In this document: in pieces, positions 1 through 13,035 of the stretch
How the letters are laid out: the number at the start of each line of letters is the position of its first letter
How positions within the stretch are numbered: the first letter of the stretch is position 1
Program-made: the position numbers and the translations under genes
Notes under the pieces: generated by a model
What the model saw: the letters and a program-made list of their open reading frames with translations, nothing else
Told to the model about the DNA's origin: nothing
Databases searched by the model: none
NCBI GenBank assembly: GCA_002269645.1
Contig: NIVC01002409.1
Span: 1-64,000 of the forward strand
Source: Macrostomum lignano
Taxonomy: Eukaryota
Length of the DNA stretch: 64,000 nt
Direction: 5' to 3'

Positions 1-1193
1 CAGAGAAAGTACCATCGAGTCCATTGTTCGTTGTCTTCCTGAACTGTTGGCAGAAGTAACGATTATGTGGGAAAAACCCTTATAAATTGTCGTTTCAGTT
101 TCTCACAGTGAATGATAAAGTACATGCACAGAGTAGATAGTTTACAGTCGATTAACAGCCACCACGAACAAGAGCCAGGAGACTGTTCTAGACTGAAAAA
201 ATGTTTTCTGTGGCTGCTAGACTGAACGAGTGTGTATTTTACTGAATTTAATGCAGAAAAACAATGCAGTTAATGTGAACTGAGGTTGACTATAATAGTA
301 TAGTAGTCAAAAGTAGTCAACTAGTCAAAAACTAAACTAAAAGTAAAATTCTCGTATAAAGCAGTCCGTATAAATGAATTAAATTAGCAAACAGACACTA
401 AATCTAAGCGAGACTACTATCCGTCGGGAACGCGGTTATAAGCGCCTAAAACTGCAGTCAAATAGAGATTTCAAGCCGCAAATTGAGCTTCGGCAAACAT
501 TGAGCCGTTGAAAATCGAAAAAGATCGATAAGAAATTAACGAATTTAAGCTCCGCTAAGGATCAAAATACTTTGTACCGGTCTGTCAATTACCTTACTGC
601 AAGAGTTACGCTTATGCGTTACACATAGCTAAGTCTTGAGCTACCGAAGTCTGAGGATCTACATATAAATACAGTAAATAATTAGTCTTTCCAGGTAAAC
701 CGTGCATGTCTAAGGCCGCTGAAAAGCTGAGGCATAAGCAATGAGCAATAAGCAACACGCAAATCGTACTGATGCAACAGGGACAACCGCTTTGCGTTGC
801 AAAAGGTATTGGCCAGATGGGAAGTTTTCAGGATTTTTGGCACAATACGACGCTCGGATAGCGTTATAAGCTTTATAAGCTTTTATAAGCTTTTATAAGC
901 TATAAGCTATCATAGTACATCCGATATGTGAATATCGTCCGAAATGCAGAAGAAGAATAAAAAATATTTCTCTTCCAGGTTGGTTCACAGTTTTTTTCAA
1001 CAAAATGTTTGAAAACCGTTCAAAATACAGTGGTTGCAAAGATCCACTTTCAACATAGCACTGAATAGGGCTTTCACCAATATGTGTCCGGTAACATTTC
1101 AAGATAAATTAGCTCGGAAAACTTACACGATTCGCGAGCGTAGAGCCCTTCTATTCTAGATTTCTACGCAAATTTACTCAACAATCGCTGAAA

Positions 1194-1943
1194 TTATTCA
1201 GAGTGCCTGGCATTTGTCCCATCAAGTCTGGGCGTCCCAGCCCCACTCGGGTGAATGCGGTAGTGCCCCGGGCTTGCTGGCTGCAGCTCTCGCAGACGGG
1301 CAGGCGCTGGCGTCGGCGCCGTTGCCTTCGCTGCTCTTGACTCCTGCGGCTTCGTGCCGTGCCAGCTGGTGAACTGCCAGCGGTTTGCCCGGCTGCCGGG
1401 GCTGAGCTGCCTGATGTACTTCAGTGTTGTTGTCGCTGGAGTTGTTTCTGAAGAGTTTCTGAAATAGCACACCAGCACATCTAGAATTATCGTCTCACAT
1501 TCGCGACTTTATACAGTTATAACTACTGAGTAACTATGGAAGCCGAGTCATAGATAATGACTATGGTTTTTATGTGAAAAATACGCACTAAATAAATCCC
1601 GACGAGCTTTAAATGAATGTGCTTAAGTTTTTTAATTCTTTTGCGTGATCTGTTTTTTTGCCTTTCGATTTGACGGCGCAAATTCCTTCTATTTTAGTTA
1701 TCTACGTTAACGATTGCAGCAACACACTTAGCACTCACTCTGAAGTTCGTGAAAGCAGCTTCGCGGTTGTCTCACCGCCTGGACGCCGCTCTTCAGCGCT
1801 ATCAGCATCGCGCGATCCTTGGCTTGACTGTCTGGCATCAGCCTGAGCGCTCGCCGCACAACTCTGAGCTCTGCTGGCGAGGCATTTTTGGTCAGCTGTT
1901 GGGCTCGAGTCAGCGCGTGCGAGCTGGCGCTGCTGCTACCTGC
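1194..1943 (-). other. Candidate coding exons of an unidentified minus-strand gene (approx. 1943-1739/1776 and 1480-1194)
   Basis: GC-rich blocks bounded by an acceptor (TCATTCAACAG|GCAG) and GTGAG donors. Open frame AGSSSASSHALTRAQQLTKNASPAELRVVRRALRLMPDSQAKDRAMLIALKSG. Second acceptor TTCTAG| at 1481. No recognisable domain. Confidence 0.3.
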
Positions 1944-4900
1944 CTGTTGAATGAGGGGTTGTCGCGTGGTTCACACCTATGAGGGCTACCTGCAAACTCA
2001 CAGACTGTACATTTCATTCCTGACGATTACAAAGTCTGTGTACACCCTGTGTGAGCGTGTGTATGAGAGCCTGTCTGCGTTCGGTATCCGCCTGATTGTA
2101 TGTGGTCAGGAGTCAGTGGAATGTGTAAAACTGTCTCAACCGCTGGTTGTGGGTGATGTCGCAAGGTTGCCCACAACTGCTTCCTCAGGACAATGTCTTT
2201 CTGTTTTTAAACTCTCATCATTAGCTTTAATATCTCCTAAAGTCTGCGGTGTCCTATACTATCCAATTACAATCAGAGACACCCTTGTAACCAGGGACGT
2301 CTCCATCGGGGGGGGGGGGGGGAGACATGTCCCCGAGTAAAAAAGCTATGGGGACATGACAAGGCTTTGTCCCCCCACCCCACCTTGCGATCTGTGATGG
2401 AAATCAATAATTTTGCTTCGGGTGACAAAACATAGCGCCTGCGGCGCCAAAATGATTGCCTGAGGTGCCAAAATGAGCGCTGCAGACAACACCGATTCTG
2501 AAAATAATGTACATGTAGGAGTTTGTTGTTAAACGAGGGTGGGAAGCCAGGGGCCCCGCGGATCAGCCCAAGTAGGGCTCTGCCGCTGGATCTGTCTGTG
2601 GGCGATACTACCAGGGGCATATAGCCCGAGAGCCCACGGTTGGGACCAGGTCTCAAGGCCTGGTGAGATATTGGGGCTGCTAGCTCAAACCTATGGACTA
2701 AGACACCGCTGAACAACAGTGGAATCAGGGACGTTGCTAAGACTGAGTCCACCCAAGCCACCCCCAGCAGACAAGTCCCAGGAGTCGCGCAAAAAGATTG
2801 GAGTTTAGAAGCGGTTCGAGAGCGGGGAGACCACGAAGTCTACGGAAAAGGCTTTAGATTGGAGCGAGTCTGGCAACTTATTTACCAAGGGCGAGTCTCC
2901 TAACAGGTAGCCCCCCGTACTAAGCCTCCATAGGGCTGCGAGCCATACTTGTACATGTAGAATTCTTGGCTTTGTCCTCCACACCATAAAATCCATGGCG
3001 ACGCCCCTATTTGTAACATCAGAACCTGTTGCATTGTCGGCGACTCCAGCTGACAGGCCACATCATCCGCGAGGACTCACCCTAATGGAGAGAACCTGGG
3101 CGTTTCGTCGACTGCCTACTGGCTGACGCCGGCACCCCTGACTCGTTGTTGGCATTGCGTACGTTTGCGCCCAGGTCCAGAGGCGAGCCCTGTGACGCTG
3201 CTCTCTTTTAGCGCTAACTGACAGTGTATAAATTTTTGTTTGAAGTCTTGCATGTACGATAATGTTGCTTACCGTGGTGCCCGGTAGTTCTGGAAATCGT
3301 TGCGTTGCCAGAGCAACTTTTAATGACGATTTGCCTTCGACTTTGGCAGTTGCCTTTGACTGCGGCTTCTGCTCGCTTTTTTGTCAGAATTTTCAGCTAA
3401 AAGTTTCCGGGATTATGGTTATTTTGGTCTGTAATGGCCTTATTGAATACGATCTTTGAGTAAACATTGGCTCGCTACTCAGTTGTAATGTTTTTTTTAC
3501 CGGCGCGTCTTCCGGCCGTCTCGGGTCCAAAGTTGCTCCGAAATTCCTCCTTCAGCTGTTGCCGACGCGCGTTCGGTACGGGGGCGTCGAACTCCGGTGG
3601 CAGCTGCCATTTCACGAATGCAGCGGCACCTGTTGCGGAGGATTGGCTGGCCATTTGTGCAGCTGAAAGGCGCCTGCTGCCGGTCTGGGTGAGCTGTTTC
3701 TCGGGTATTCTACACTCGGCAAGCTTCGTTTTTTCAGCTTATTTAAAATGCATACACTGTAGGGTCTATTGATGATGTACATTAATTCAAGTTTTCATTT
3801 CGTAGCCTTTGGACCGAGAGAACGATGTAGATCTTCTGCCCGCTGCAACTAAATTTGAAATGAAGTGGTGGTACGCGCATTGAGCTGCAAGTGTGGGCTT
3901 TAGTCTGCAAATATAATGTTTATCAGCTACCCCATTGCTCGGGTTGGCTACTAAAGTCTGAGGGATTGCTGTATTGATTTATGCAGAACTATTCGCTGTT
4001 GCCTGTACATGTACATGCGCATGTAGTAAAGATCGGCAAAATAAATAAGCGTAGACCTGCTGTCCTTGTGGAAGTGTTGAGACCATGAGGGTGCATTTTG
4101 GGTGACATATCCATTAAATGGCACCAAAAAAGTTTTCTGAAGTGATGGGTTTCGACCTTCGGGCTCCTTGTTAGGGAAGCCTGCGGGCCTCAGGCTCAGA
4201 AATAAATCAATTAGAGACCTGGCCCCCACTCCTGTCAGATGGTCAGCCCCATGGTAGCTTGATCGTGTGGCGAGCAGTCTAGGTCCTATAGCTAAGAGAG
4301 GGACAGCGAGAGACGAGCAGGGAGAATTTTGAAAGTAGAAATTAGCTAATCGCAGATCAACTAACTTGCTGCCACCAGCCCGTGCGCCCTGGCTCACCAC
4401 ACCGGGACTCTCGAAATCGGGCTTCCGACTAGAAGGGGCTTTGCACTTACCTGCCAACTAGTGTCTTTTTGCTGTCAATCTCGAAGTCATAGCCGATGAT
4501 AAGGGACACTGCTGGGACTAGATCGCGTTGGCCATGCAGGTACAGAGGGGACTTGTGCAGGGGATTCTTGCGGTGGCGAGTCTATGGGGTAGCTACATGT
4601 ACTATTACATTGCTAAATACGAAGATATGTACTTTTAGCCTTCAACGCGCCAACTAGCCTCTCATAGCGCTGATGATAGGCTAACTCGAACTTCAGAGAC
4701 CGCATGATTCATTTACCCGAGCCGCTTGGCTACCCTAGAGTGCACAAAGTACATCTCTGGCGCCGATTCTGCACTTCTGGCAGTTTTGCTCACTGATTTG
4801 TTAGATTGGTCGACTGAGAACTGCCTTGCCATTGGTCCACTGTGACCGGCGCCTACTAGCTTAGCTACTCATCTGAGCCATCGGCGAACAAAGAAATAAA

Positions 4901-5409
4901 GCCGACAAAGATAACTGTTAGATTTAACCTTCTCCTTAGTTCACTTCACACTTTAGATTGAATTGGAGTCTTAGACTACTAGCAGTATTATTGAATGATT
5001 CCTGCCTCAGCAACAGCACTACTGAACAAAATGAGCAAAGTGTGCGCCTAATTCAGCTACTGCAACAGGGGACAGAAAAGGGATCACCCAATCAAGCAAG
5101 TCTAGGTAGCCTTCACCCAACCAATCAGAAACTCAACAGCCGGAGACCAGGTATTCCACAGTGACCGAATCGGCTCGATGCTCTGCAGCTGTAGACTCGG
5201 GATGATGCTGTCACAATCTTCGCTGTTAGCTAGCAGGTGATGCTCTTAACTGGATGTTCGCTGCTGTCGACCGGGGGACTCGTCCTTGATGATGATGGGG
5301 GAAGTTGCAATCCGGGGATCAAGAAACGACGGTCGTGCTCCGGGAACCAGAAGTTGCGCGCTGGGCCCGAGCCAAAGTAAGAAGAAGTTGCGTCCGAGCG
5401 GGCCAAAAA

Positions 5410-5555
5410 CTCCGGTTTAAATAGCCGCCAACTGGACCGCAGTTTGTTATAACGGAACACGTCGATTCTGATTGGCTGAGCCGTTTTGTTAAAATGAGCG
5501 CCGAATTTTCTGATTGGCTAAGCTCGTTGCTACCCAGAATCACGTGACCGAGAGA
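5410..5555 (-). promoter_or_regulatory. Possible Pol II promoter motif cluster
   Basis: Two TCTGATTGGCT (CCAAT box on minus strand) copies at ~5468 and ~5509, CACGTG at ~5541, and TATTTAAA on the minus strand at ~5417-5424. Motif inference only. Confidence 0.3.
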
Positions 5556-8500
5556 TCCTATCAGTTCCCACAGGGTCGTAAAAAGATGACAGGTGCGGCC
5601 ATAAATCACTCAAAATCGCAACAAAATGATTTATGACTTTTCGCGTAGGATTGACAGAAATTAATGAAAAAATATACATTAGAAAGCTCTTATTAAATAG
5701 AAAGTGAAGATAATGAAGAGAAATCGCTAATCGCTAATCCCAAGGTACTTTTAGGGGTAAAACGCATAGCTGTCAAAGCTGTCACACGCTTGAGTGAATC
5801 CGAACAATAGGCTCTGACCTCATAAATCTTGATGGCCTGTCAAAATGATGAGAAAAAAGCTACCGCCCGCATCCTCTCAGACCATCTGGCGCCCGCTTCA
5901 ACACTGAGTGAGGCGCAGGTGGCTGTCAGATCAGCTTCGAAAGCGATGATTTATGACCCAAAAAGCTGCGCCTATGTTATTATGACTACTAGTATGGCCA
6001 GACATTATATCTAGTATAGATTCATGAAAATTCGCAGAAAAAGGATAAAAATGCCCACTGCCCACTGTTAGTAGGCAAGTAAGTTTAGAGCCCATGTGCT
6101 AGCGCGGGATTTGGGAAAAAGTGCGTCCTCATCAGAAGCTTCATTTCCATCGTACAGGGGTTGTGTCCAATTGCAGTGTTATTTCCCCTAAATTACATGT
6201 AACAGTATACATATACATGTACACGTACGTAACTGAAAGACGTGTGTACATGTACATGTTAATGAGACTGCAGTTCTGCAATAGTATAATATATTCATTG
6301 CAATTAGAAGTACAATCCTACTCCTGTAAACAACTAGTAGAGAATGTACATGTACAATGCTACATGTTCATTATTCGCAGGGAATTTTTGATGCTGGGCA
6401 CCGACAATCGAAGTAAGCGTACAATGTCTTACAATAGATTGTTCATGTACTCAGTTGCAATAACAAATAATTGCATTGAAGTGCAATGTACGGTCATCAG
6501 TCACGTATGGTCCAACTCAACTCGGTTGAAGAACAAAGGCGAGATTTGCGCTTCCTCATAACTTTGTCATTTGCCACTACGTCATTTCCACCAAAGTCCA
6601 AAGGTCTCTACGGAAATCGAGTTTATTCTGATAATTGTATAAATTTATATTTTAAATGTTAATACAAATTGTATTGTCGACTTCTGGGACCTTAAAGACT
6701 TAATTACTCAGTGAGAAAATCGGTTAAAGCATTTCTTTTAGTCAAAAGAGAAAAGAGAATAGAAAGCGCGCAATCAACTAGGCACTAGAGTCCTCAGTAG
6801 CTCTTGGAACTTTTCACTGAAGGTTTGATGACGAATTGTCCTCATTTTGAATACAATTTCGAAAAAGCCATTATGCTATTTTTTATAAAAGGCTACCATC
6901 CCTCTTCTTGTCTTGTCAGACGACCAATCTCTAACCAGCAACCTGGTGTGCTTGTATATTTTGTTATGACACATAAACTTAATATTTTTTTCCTCTGGAC
7001 GCGCTCAACTCAAATTGTGCAGTTTCTAACAACGGACCTTCCATAACTGAGGTGGGGCGGAGAAAAGAAAAGAAATGATTTGGGAATTTGAAAGTTGGGG
7101 TTTCCTCGAAACCGGTTAGCGTTGCGTTCGCACGAATGAAGCCGTAAAAATCGCGCAGACGAATCACAACGAAATTCTTCTCCTGTTTTACTCCGACAGC
7201 CGGGTTCTCAAGTCGGGGGGAGGGTAGTCGTAATCGTAGCGGAGCGGTCGTAGAGCGGCGCGTCGTTCAAAGCGATGAAACACCGTAAATTCAGACACCG
7301 TAAATTTTGCGTCGATTTGCAGAGCTTGTTACTTGTCAGTAGGGTAGTTGCTGCCACCACCGTAATTTACGTATTACGGAACGTTAATGGTCTCAGAGCT
7401 TTCTTTGAGATGAGAACTTTGGTTATTTTATGCCCCACTGGCAAATGACTTCAAGAAATACTATGGCTTTAGTCAACGGATAAATATGGAGTTATTAATT
7501 GTCTTTATTATTAAGTGAAGCAGGCTTATTAAGTAAAATTATTATTATTGTTAATCAAACTAACTTGTAATATTAAATTCCAGACGAGGATGAAATTCAC
7601 GGGCGCCGCGCAAGACTGTTAGAAGATAGAAGTAAAACTCAAGTTGGTAAATGTAATGACAAAACAAAGAGAGAGAGAGAGAGCGCGAAAGCAAAAACAC
7701 ATACTTGGGACGACTCGTCACAAGCAGAATAAATAGGAAATAAAATAGCATGAACATTAATTGGGGGAAACACTGGACAGACTGCTGGATTAAAAATACA
7801 TGGCATGGACACTTCGGGTGGACGGCTTTGTCGCAATGGGGAAAAAGAAGACTTAAACAAATTTTCAACGGGGGGGGGGGAACAAGCCCTGTCCAAAAGA
7901 TGGAAGTAATGTTCAGCAGCTGGATGTCCACTTGATGAAAATGAGGAACCAAAGATCACATAGTGGACACGAAAAAAATAATGTTCCTTTTGCATGCGTT
8001 TTAAAAAGTTATTAAATAACTGTTAGTTTACGTTCACTGGTGGCAACCAACTGCCACATAACCTTGATTTTAAGTTCAGGCTTCTTCTGCCCAGTCTGTC
8101 ATTACTTACTAGTGTGCATTGTGCAACAATTCGATTGTGTAGTTCTGTAGTTCTATGTGGTTTGTCCAACACAGGCAACCAACAGTAAGGTCTCTAGTGA
8201 GATTTTGAAAGTTATATTTTTGCAGATTGTTATTGTTAAATGTTATGGTGACAGTATATAAAAAGCAATATGATTATTTTTACAGTCAATGCATTAGACA
8301 CTATGTGGGCCTAAGGTTTTAACTTAATGTTACCATATAAATTGCAAAACAGTTATTTTTACAGTCACTAGGCCTATACTAGGCCCTATATATAAAAAGC
8401 AAAATGGCTATTTTTAGTCATTAGTAAGAAATTTCATTTACATTCATTAATATCCAATATACTTATTGTTGGCAATTTTTTTACATTTGCTAAAAGTTTA

Positions 8501-9411
8501 GGGCCTATTCAATGTAGGCCTAACACTTTTCTATGCAACAGGGTTATCAATCCTAAATGTAGTCATTATCCTTCCTGTTCAATAACTCTTTCAGTCTGTC
8601 AACATATATGCAAAAAGTGGATGCCTTGGCTATAGAACTCTGGGTGCATGTGCACTGGCCCTTAAAAAAGTTTGTTAGGTGGGTCTTCAGTAGGTCATTC
8701 TCATTATTGAACTCCTTGCTAGCCATAGAATAGTTGAAGGTGGCAAACAGGTGATAATTGGTAGGATATAAGATCTAGTTTGTACAGTGGGTAGGGAAGA
8801 ATTGCCTAGCCTACCTAGCTCAAGCAGCTTTTAATAGGTCAACTTGTGTGCCTTGTGTGCAGGTGGGTTATTATGCAACAAGATGACCTAGCAACATTCA
8901 AGAATCTAGGTGTATTTTAGCTAGTTTCTGTTGCAAGCATTTAAGCTATTGTTAGTAAAAAGTAACATTGATGCTCTTGTTCTTTGGTAGTAGCTTCCAT
9001 ATGATTATTCCTTTTGTTTACCAAAATATTGAAAGCATAACCTTCTTGGGGTGCAACTTAGCCTTGGCCTCTTGCTTTAGTTTTGCATTGGAATCAACCC
9101 ATTGTCTATTCTTGCTTGCATTAAATATTGACATAGAAGCACAATTTTTGTCATTTATTATCATATCATCTAGCCAATCTAGATGGTGGGATTAGAAGAA
9201 GATAGTAAAAGCAGCCTCAATGAGCCAGTCCATGTCAATAGAAATCAGCTAGTGGGACACCCAATATCCTAGCTTTGGCTTCTTATTCAAAAGGTGAAGG
9301 TAGTTGGCAACAATAAAGTGATGCATACCCAGTTGCGTGGCCAGCTCATATGTGATCTGCCAGGTTTTATAGGGCCTACTCAAGCAGTTGTTCCAATGCA
9401 CCATTTTCAAG

Positions 9412-10812
9412 CCCTATTGGAATAAGTTTCAAAAACCTGCAGATGCGCGACACAGGTACCAAAATTGTGCCCTCAAAAGTGCAACGCGACACCAAATTTT
9501 GTTGACTAGAGGTGGTGACACGCGACACAACACTGATCACCAATGTCTATTGACCAAATGACCAAGGGGGGGAGGATGCCACAGCAGCCACGTTGCAATT
9601 GACAATTCATGTTTTGCCATTCACTCCCGACACCTAGACCATGGGGTGAGGGACAAGAGTATTTCTTTCAATTTTGTGGAAAAATAAATGAAATTTAAAA
9701 ACAATAAACAGTAAAACAACAAAGGTACAACACTTAAAAAAACAGCGCACGCATTGTAACTAACAAGTAACATTTTTAAAAATTATATTTGAAGTATTAG
9801 TTACTTTACTGTCAAAATAAAAAAGAACAATTCAAGAGCTAGTTATTATCAAACATGTTTGAAGCATTTAAATACAGAGAAACAACCATAAACATATTAC
9901 AATAAAACACAGTTTGCAAGGATTTGGCCCCTATTGGAATAAGTTGAAAAAACGTGGACAACCGTCTGTCGCATTTTCGGATTCTCCTAGTGTCGCGTTG
10001 CGCGACAGTGGTGTCAAGTGGTGTGTCGCGTCGCGCAACACTGGAAACCTGGTGTTGTCATGCGTCGCGTCGCGGCCTGGACCTGTAGCCAAAACCTTGC
10101 AAACTGTGTTTCATTGTAATATGTTCACGGTTGTTTCTCAGTATTTAAATGTTTCAAAAATGTTTGATAATAACAAGTTCTTGAATTGTTCTTATTTATT
10201 TTGACAGTAAAGTAACTAATACTTCAAATATAATTTTTAGAAATGTTACTTGTTAGTTACAATGCATGCGCTGTTTTTCTAAGTGTTGTACCTTTGTTAT
10301 TTTACTGTTTATTGTTTTTAAATTTCTTTTCTTTTTCCACAAAATTGAAAGGAATACTCTCGTCCCTCGCCCCATGTTTTCGGTGTCGGGAGTGAACAGC
10401 AGAACGGCAATTGCAACGTGGTTGCTGTGGCGTCCTCCCCCCCCGGTCATTTGGTCAACAGACATCGGTGTTGCGTCGCGCGTTGCCGCCCCCCAGTCAA
10501 CAAAATTTGGTGTTGCGTCGCGCTTTTGAGGGCACAATTTTGGCACCCGTGTCGCGTGTCTGCGGGTTTTTGAAACTTATTCCAATAGGGGATTTGGCTA
10601 CAGATCCAGGCCACAATGGGACACAAGACAACGCCAGTTGCTAAGTTGCCATACTATCGCGTTGCTTGACGTGATGCATGACAACACCAGGTTTCCACAG
10701 TGTTGCGCAACGCAACACACCACTTGACACCACTGTTGCGCCATGCAACACCAGGAGAATCCAAAAATGCGACAGATGGTCGTCTGTGTTTTGTCAACTT
10801 ATTCCAATAGGG
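9412..10812. mobile_element. Non-autonomous DNA transposon (MITE, ~730 bp), outer copy, carrying an inverted copy of itself
   Basis: Terminal inverted repeat CCCTATTGGAATAAGTT at 9412 and AACTTATTCCAATAGGG ending 10812. Identical 8-bp flanks TTTTCAAG at 9404-9411 and 10813-10820. Confidence 0.85.
9929..10590. mobile_element. Inner, inverted copy of the same MITE (662 bp)
   Basis: Same 17-bp TIRs at 9929 and ending 10590. 8-bp TSD GATTTGGC at 9921-9928 and 10591-10598. Its sequence is the diverged reverse complement of the two outer halves joined. Confidence 0.85.
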
Positions 10813-13035
10813 TTTTCAAGCTATCAGCTAGCCACTACATGGCTTGTCTTCAAGGCCCTCATCTTCATCTTTGAATTGCTTGAACCAACTATTGGCAATC
10901 TGATGAGTAAGGGTTCCTGTACCAAATGCAACTTTGATGCCAATGGCCAATTGTTTTGCATTTTTGCCAAAATGAAAATTGTAAAGAAGCAGTAGGCACT
11001 ATAGGTCTTTTGAGAGCAAAGTATCTTTCACAGCTTCCTAATGGGAAATACCAATTGGGAATGATAGGATATTCTTGAAGGATAGACAGAATACTTGGTG
11101 GACAATGTCTAGAAGATAGGCAGAATGCCTATACTGGGTAACATGCCATGGGGATAAAAAAGTAGCATACCTCTATTGAAAAAATATGTCCTTTTAGGGA
11201 TAAAGGCAGAATGCCTTTCAAAAAAACAAATAGTAAACAAATTTCTATTTTAAAAAGAACTATTAAGCACTTGGAAAGAGGCAAGCAAAGGCAAAAGGCT
11301 AGGAGCAAGTTGAAGTTTTTGCTTTTTTGTCAGTTTATATAATAAGAAAATAAAAATAGTAGAATCATTAATGACAAATATAGTATTTATATGAGTCTTT
11401 TAAAGCAATATATACAAAACAGTTTTTCCAAGTTTTGACACTGAAAGTCATCCACTTTGCTAGGTTGATATCATCTATCATCAATGATAAAGACAAAATA
11501 ATTACCCAAATAAAAATTTAAAGTTTATAATACAAGAAAGCTTACTCTATTAAGACAAAATGTTTGGATATGTGTACCTTTACCATTTGGATTGCAAATA
11601 CAAATTGTGTGGCTTTTGTTGGCTTGCAGAGTGCATCTAGAAATAAGCAAAAGAGCAAAAACTGTACTGGGCCAATAAGAGAATTATGGAAGGAAAGTCA
11701 GAGAACATAACTCAAGAATAGGAATAGCTGTGCATTGAATTGATATGATTTATACACCCTACTAAAGGGTAAAGCACAGACCATATAAAATTTAAACCAG
11801 TAAAGTGGAGAAACTGTGGGCCATTTCCCCCATAAGAAACGTCTGTATGCAGGATTGAGACTGTGGCAGATTGCAGTCCGGTTCACTGAGAAAGGCACTG
11901 AAATCAATTTTGGCAGGTAAAAATCATGCAGATGCAGCAGTCAATGTCCTCCTCCTCTTCTGCGCAGGTTGCAGGTGGCTTGCAAAGGCAGCAAAAAATC
12001 GATACAATTGCTCCTGGGTACCACTGCCCTTTGCACATTTGCTGAGAGGCATTAAATTGCTCAATGAAGCAAGATGGAGAGAAGTGCTCGGAGCAAATTC
12101 TTGATGATGCTGACGACTGAAAGCCTTCTTAAAGGATAGCTACGATCCATATTTACTTCAGCTCATCGTCCTTCGGAAATGAGTGAAAAAATACTCCAGT
12201 CGAGCAGCCAAAAGCACAGAAATTGCCACTTGCCACACTTTCTGGTGCTTTCCTCTTTTTTCGATACGCTTGGAGCTGGCTGCATAGATAAGAATGCTTG
12301 TTTGAGAGTTTAAGTTTAAAGTTTTAAGTTTTATCATAAAAAATATTGAAACCATGTGCATGGTATTCAGGTACCATGGTACGAGTATTGCGACACCATT
12401 GAGGACTGAATATTTCAACGAAAAATTACTTCCAAGAAGTGTACACATTTTAAACTAATTTGAAATAGCATTACCACTTCTCACACTCTCTGGCTGGTGC
12501 AGCTATAATAATCAGCTAAGAGTACAATTTGCTGAGTTGCCGTAATGTCTAGTTGACAAAATGCCAGTTGACGAAATGTCCGTTCACCTGTTTGAGAGAT
12601 TTTTGTGGGATATTTTTGCAAGTGGATATTTATCCCCCTGAGGTTTTAAAACTCTATAATGAGTAAATTGTAAGCACCGACCCGCTTGAAAATGAGACAG
12701 TCACTACCATTTTTTGTCCCACATATCGATCGAAGTGGGGCAGCAGGGGAAGGACCATTTTTGTGTTGCTGTTTTGTCCCACAACGCGGTCTTGGACCCC
12801 CCCCCCAAATATGAATTTCTATAGAAAAGCCTGCTTGCCAGATAGCCATTTGGTCAGCAAACGAAATGCCTTCCGCAAGGCCTGCATTTGTACTGAAATT
12901 AGTAGAGATCTTGAATGTTCAAAACAGCTGGCAAACAGGTATTGAAAAAACTAAAACTACTGTGTGTGGTCCAAATTTGGTTGTTATATTAAAATGTACG
13001 AAAATCATTGATGGATTGCCAATCAAACCCCGCAG

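Noticed and set aside
415-910. Possible MITE bounded by CTATCCG/CGGATAG with TTATAAGC repeats
   Set aside because: Only a 7-bp inverted match and no convincing TSD.
2041-2060. TACACCCTGTGTGAGCGTGT shared with 27782 (and an 11-bp reverse complement near 34593)
   Set aside because: Too short to define an element; no TSD or second terminus was found.
2294-3010. hAT-like termini (CAGGGACGT..., CCATGGCGACGCCCCT)
   Set aside because: Imperfect pairing and no TSD identified; probably decayed MITE fragments that I cannot delimit.
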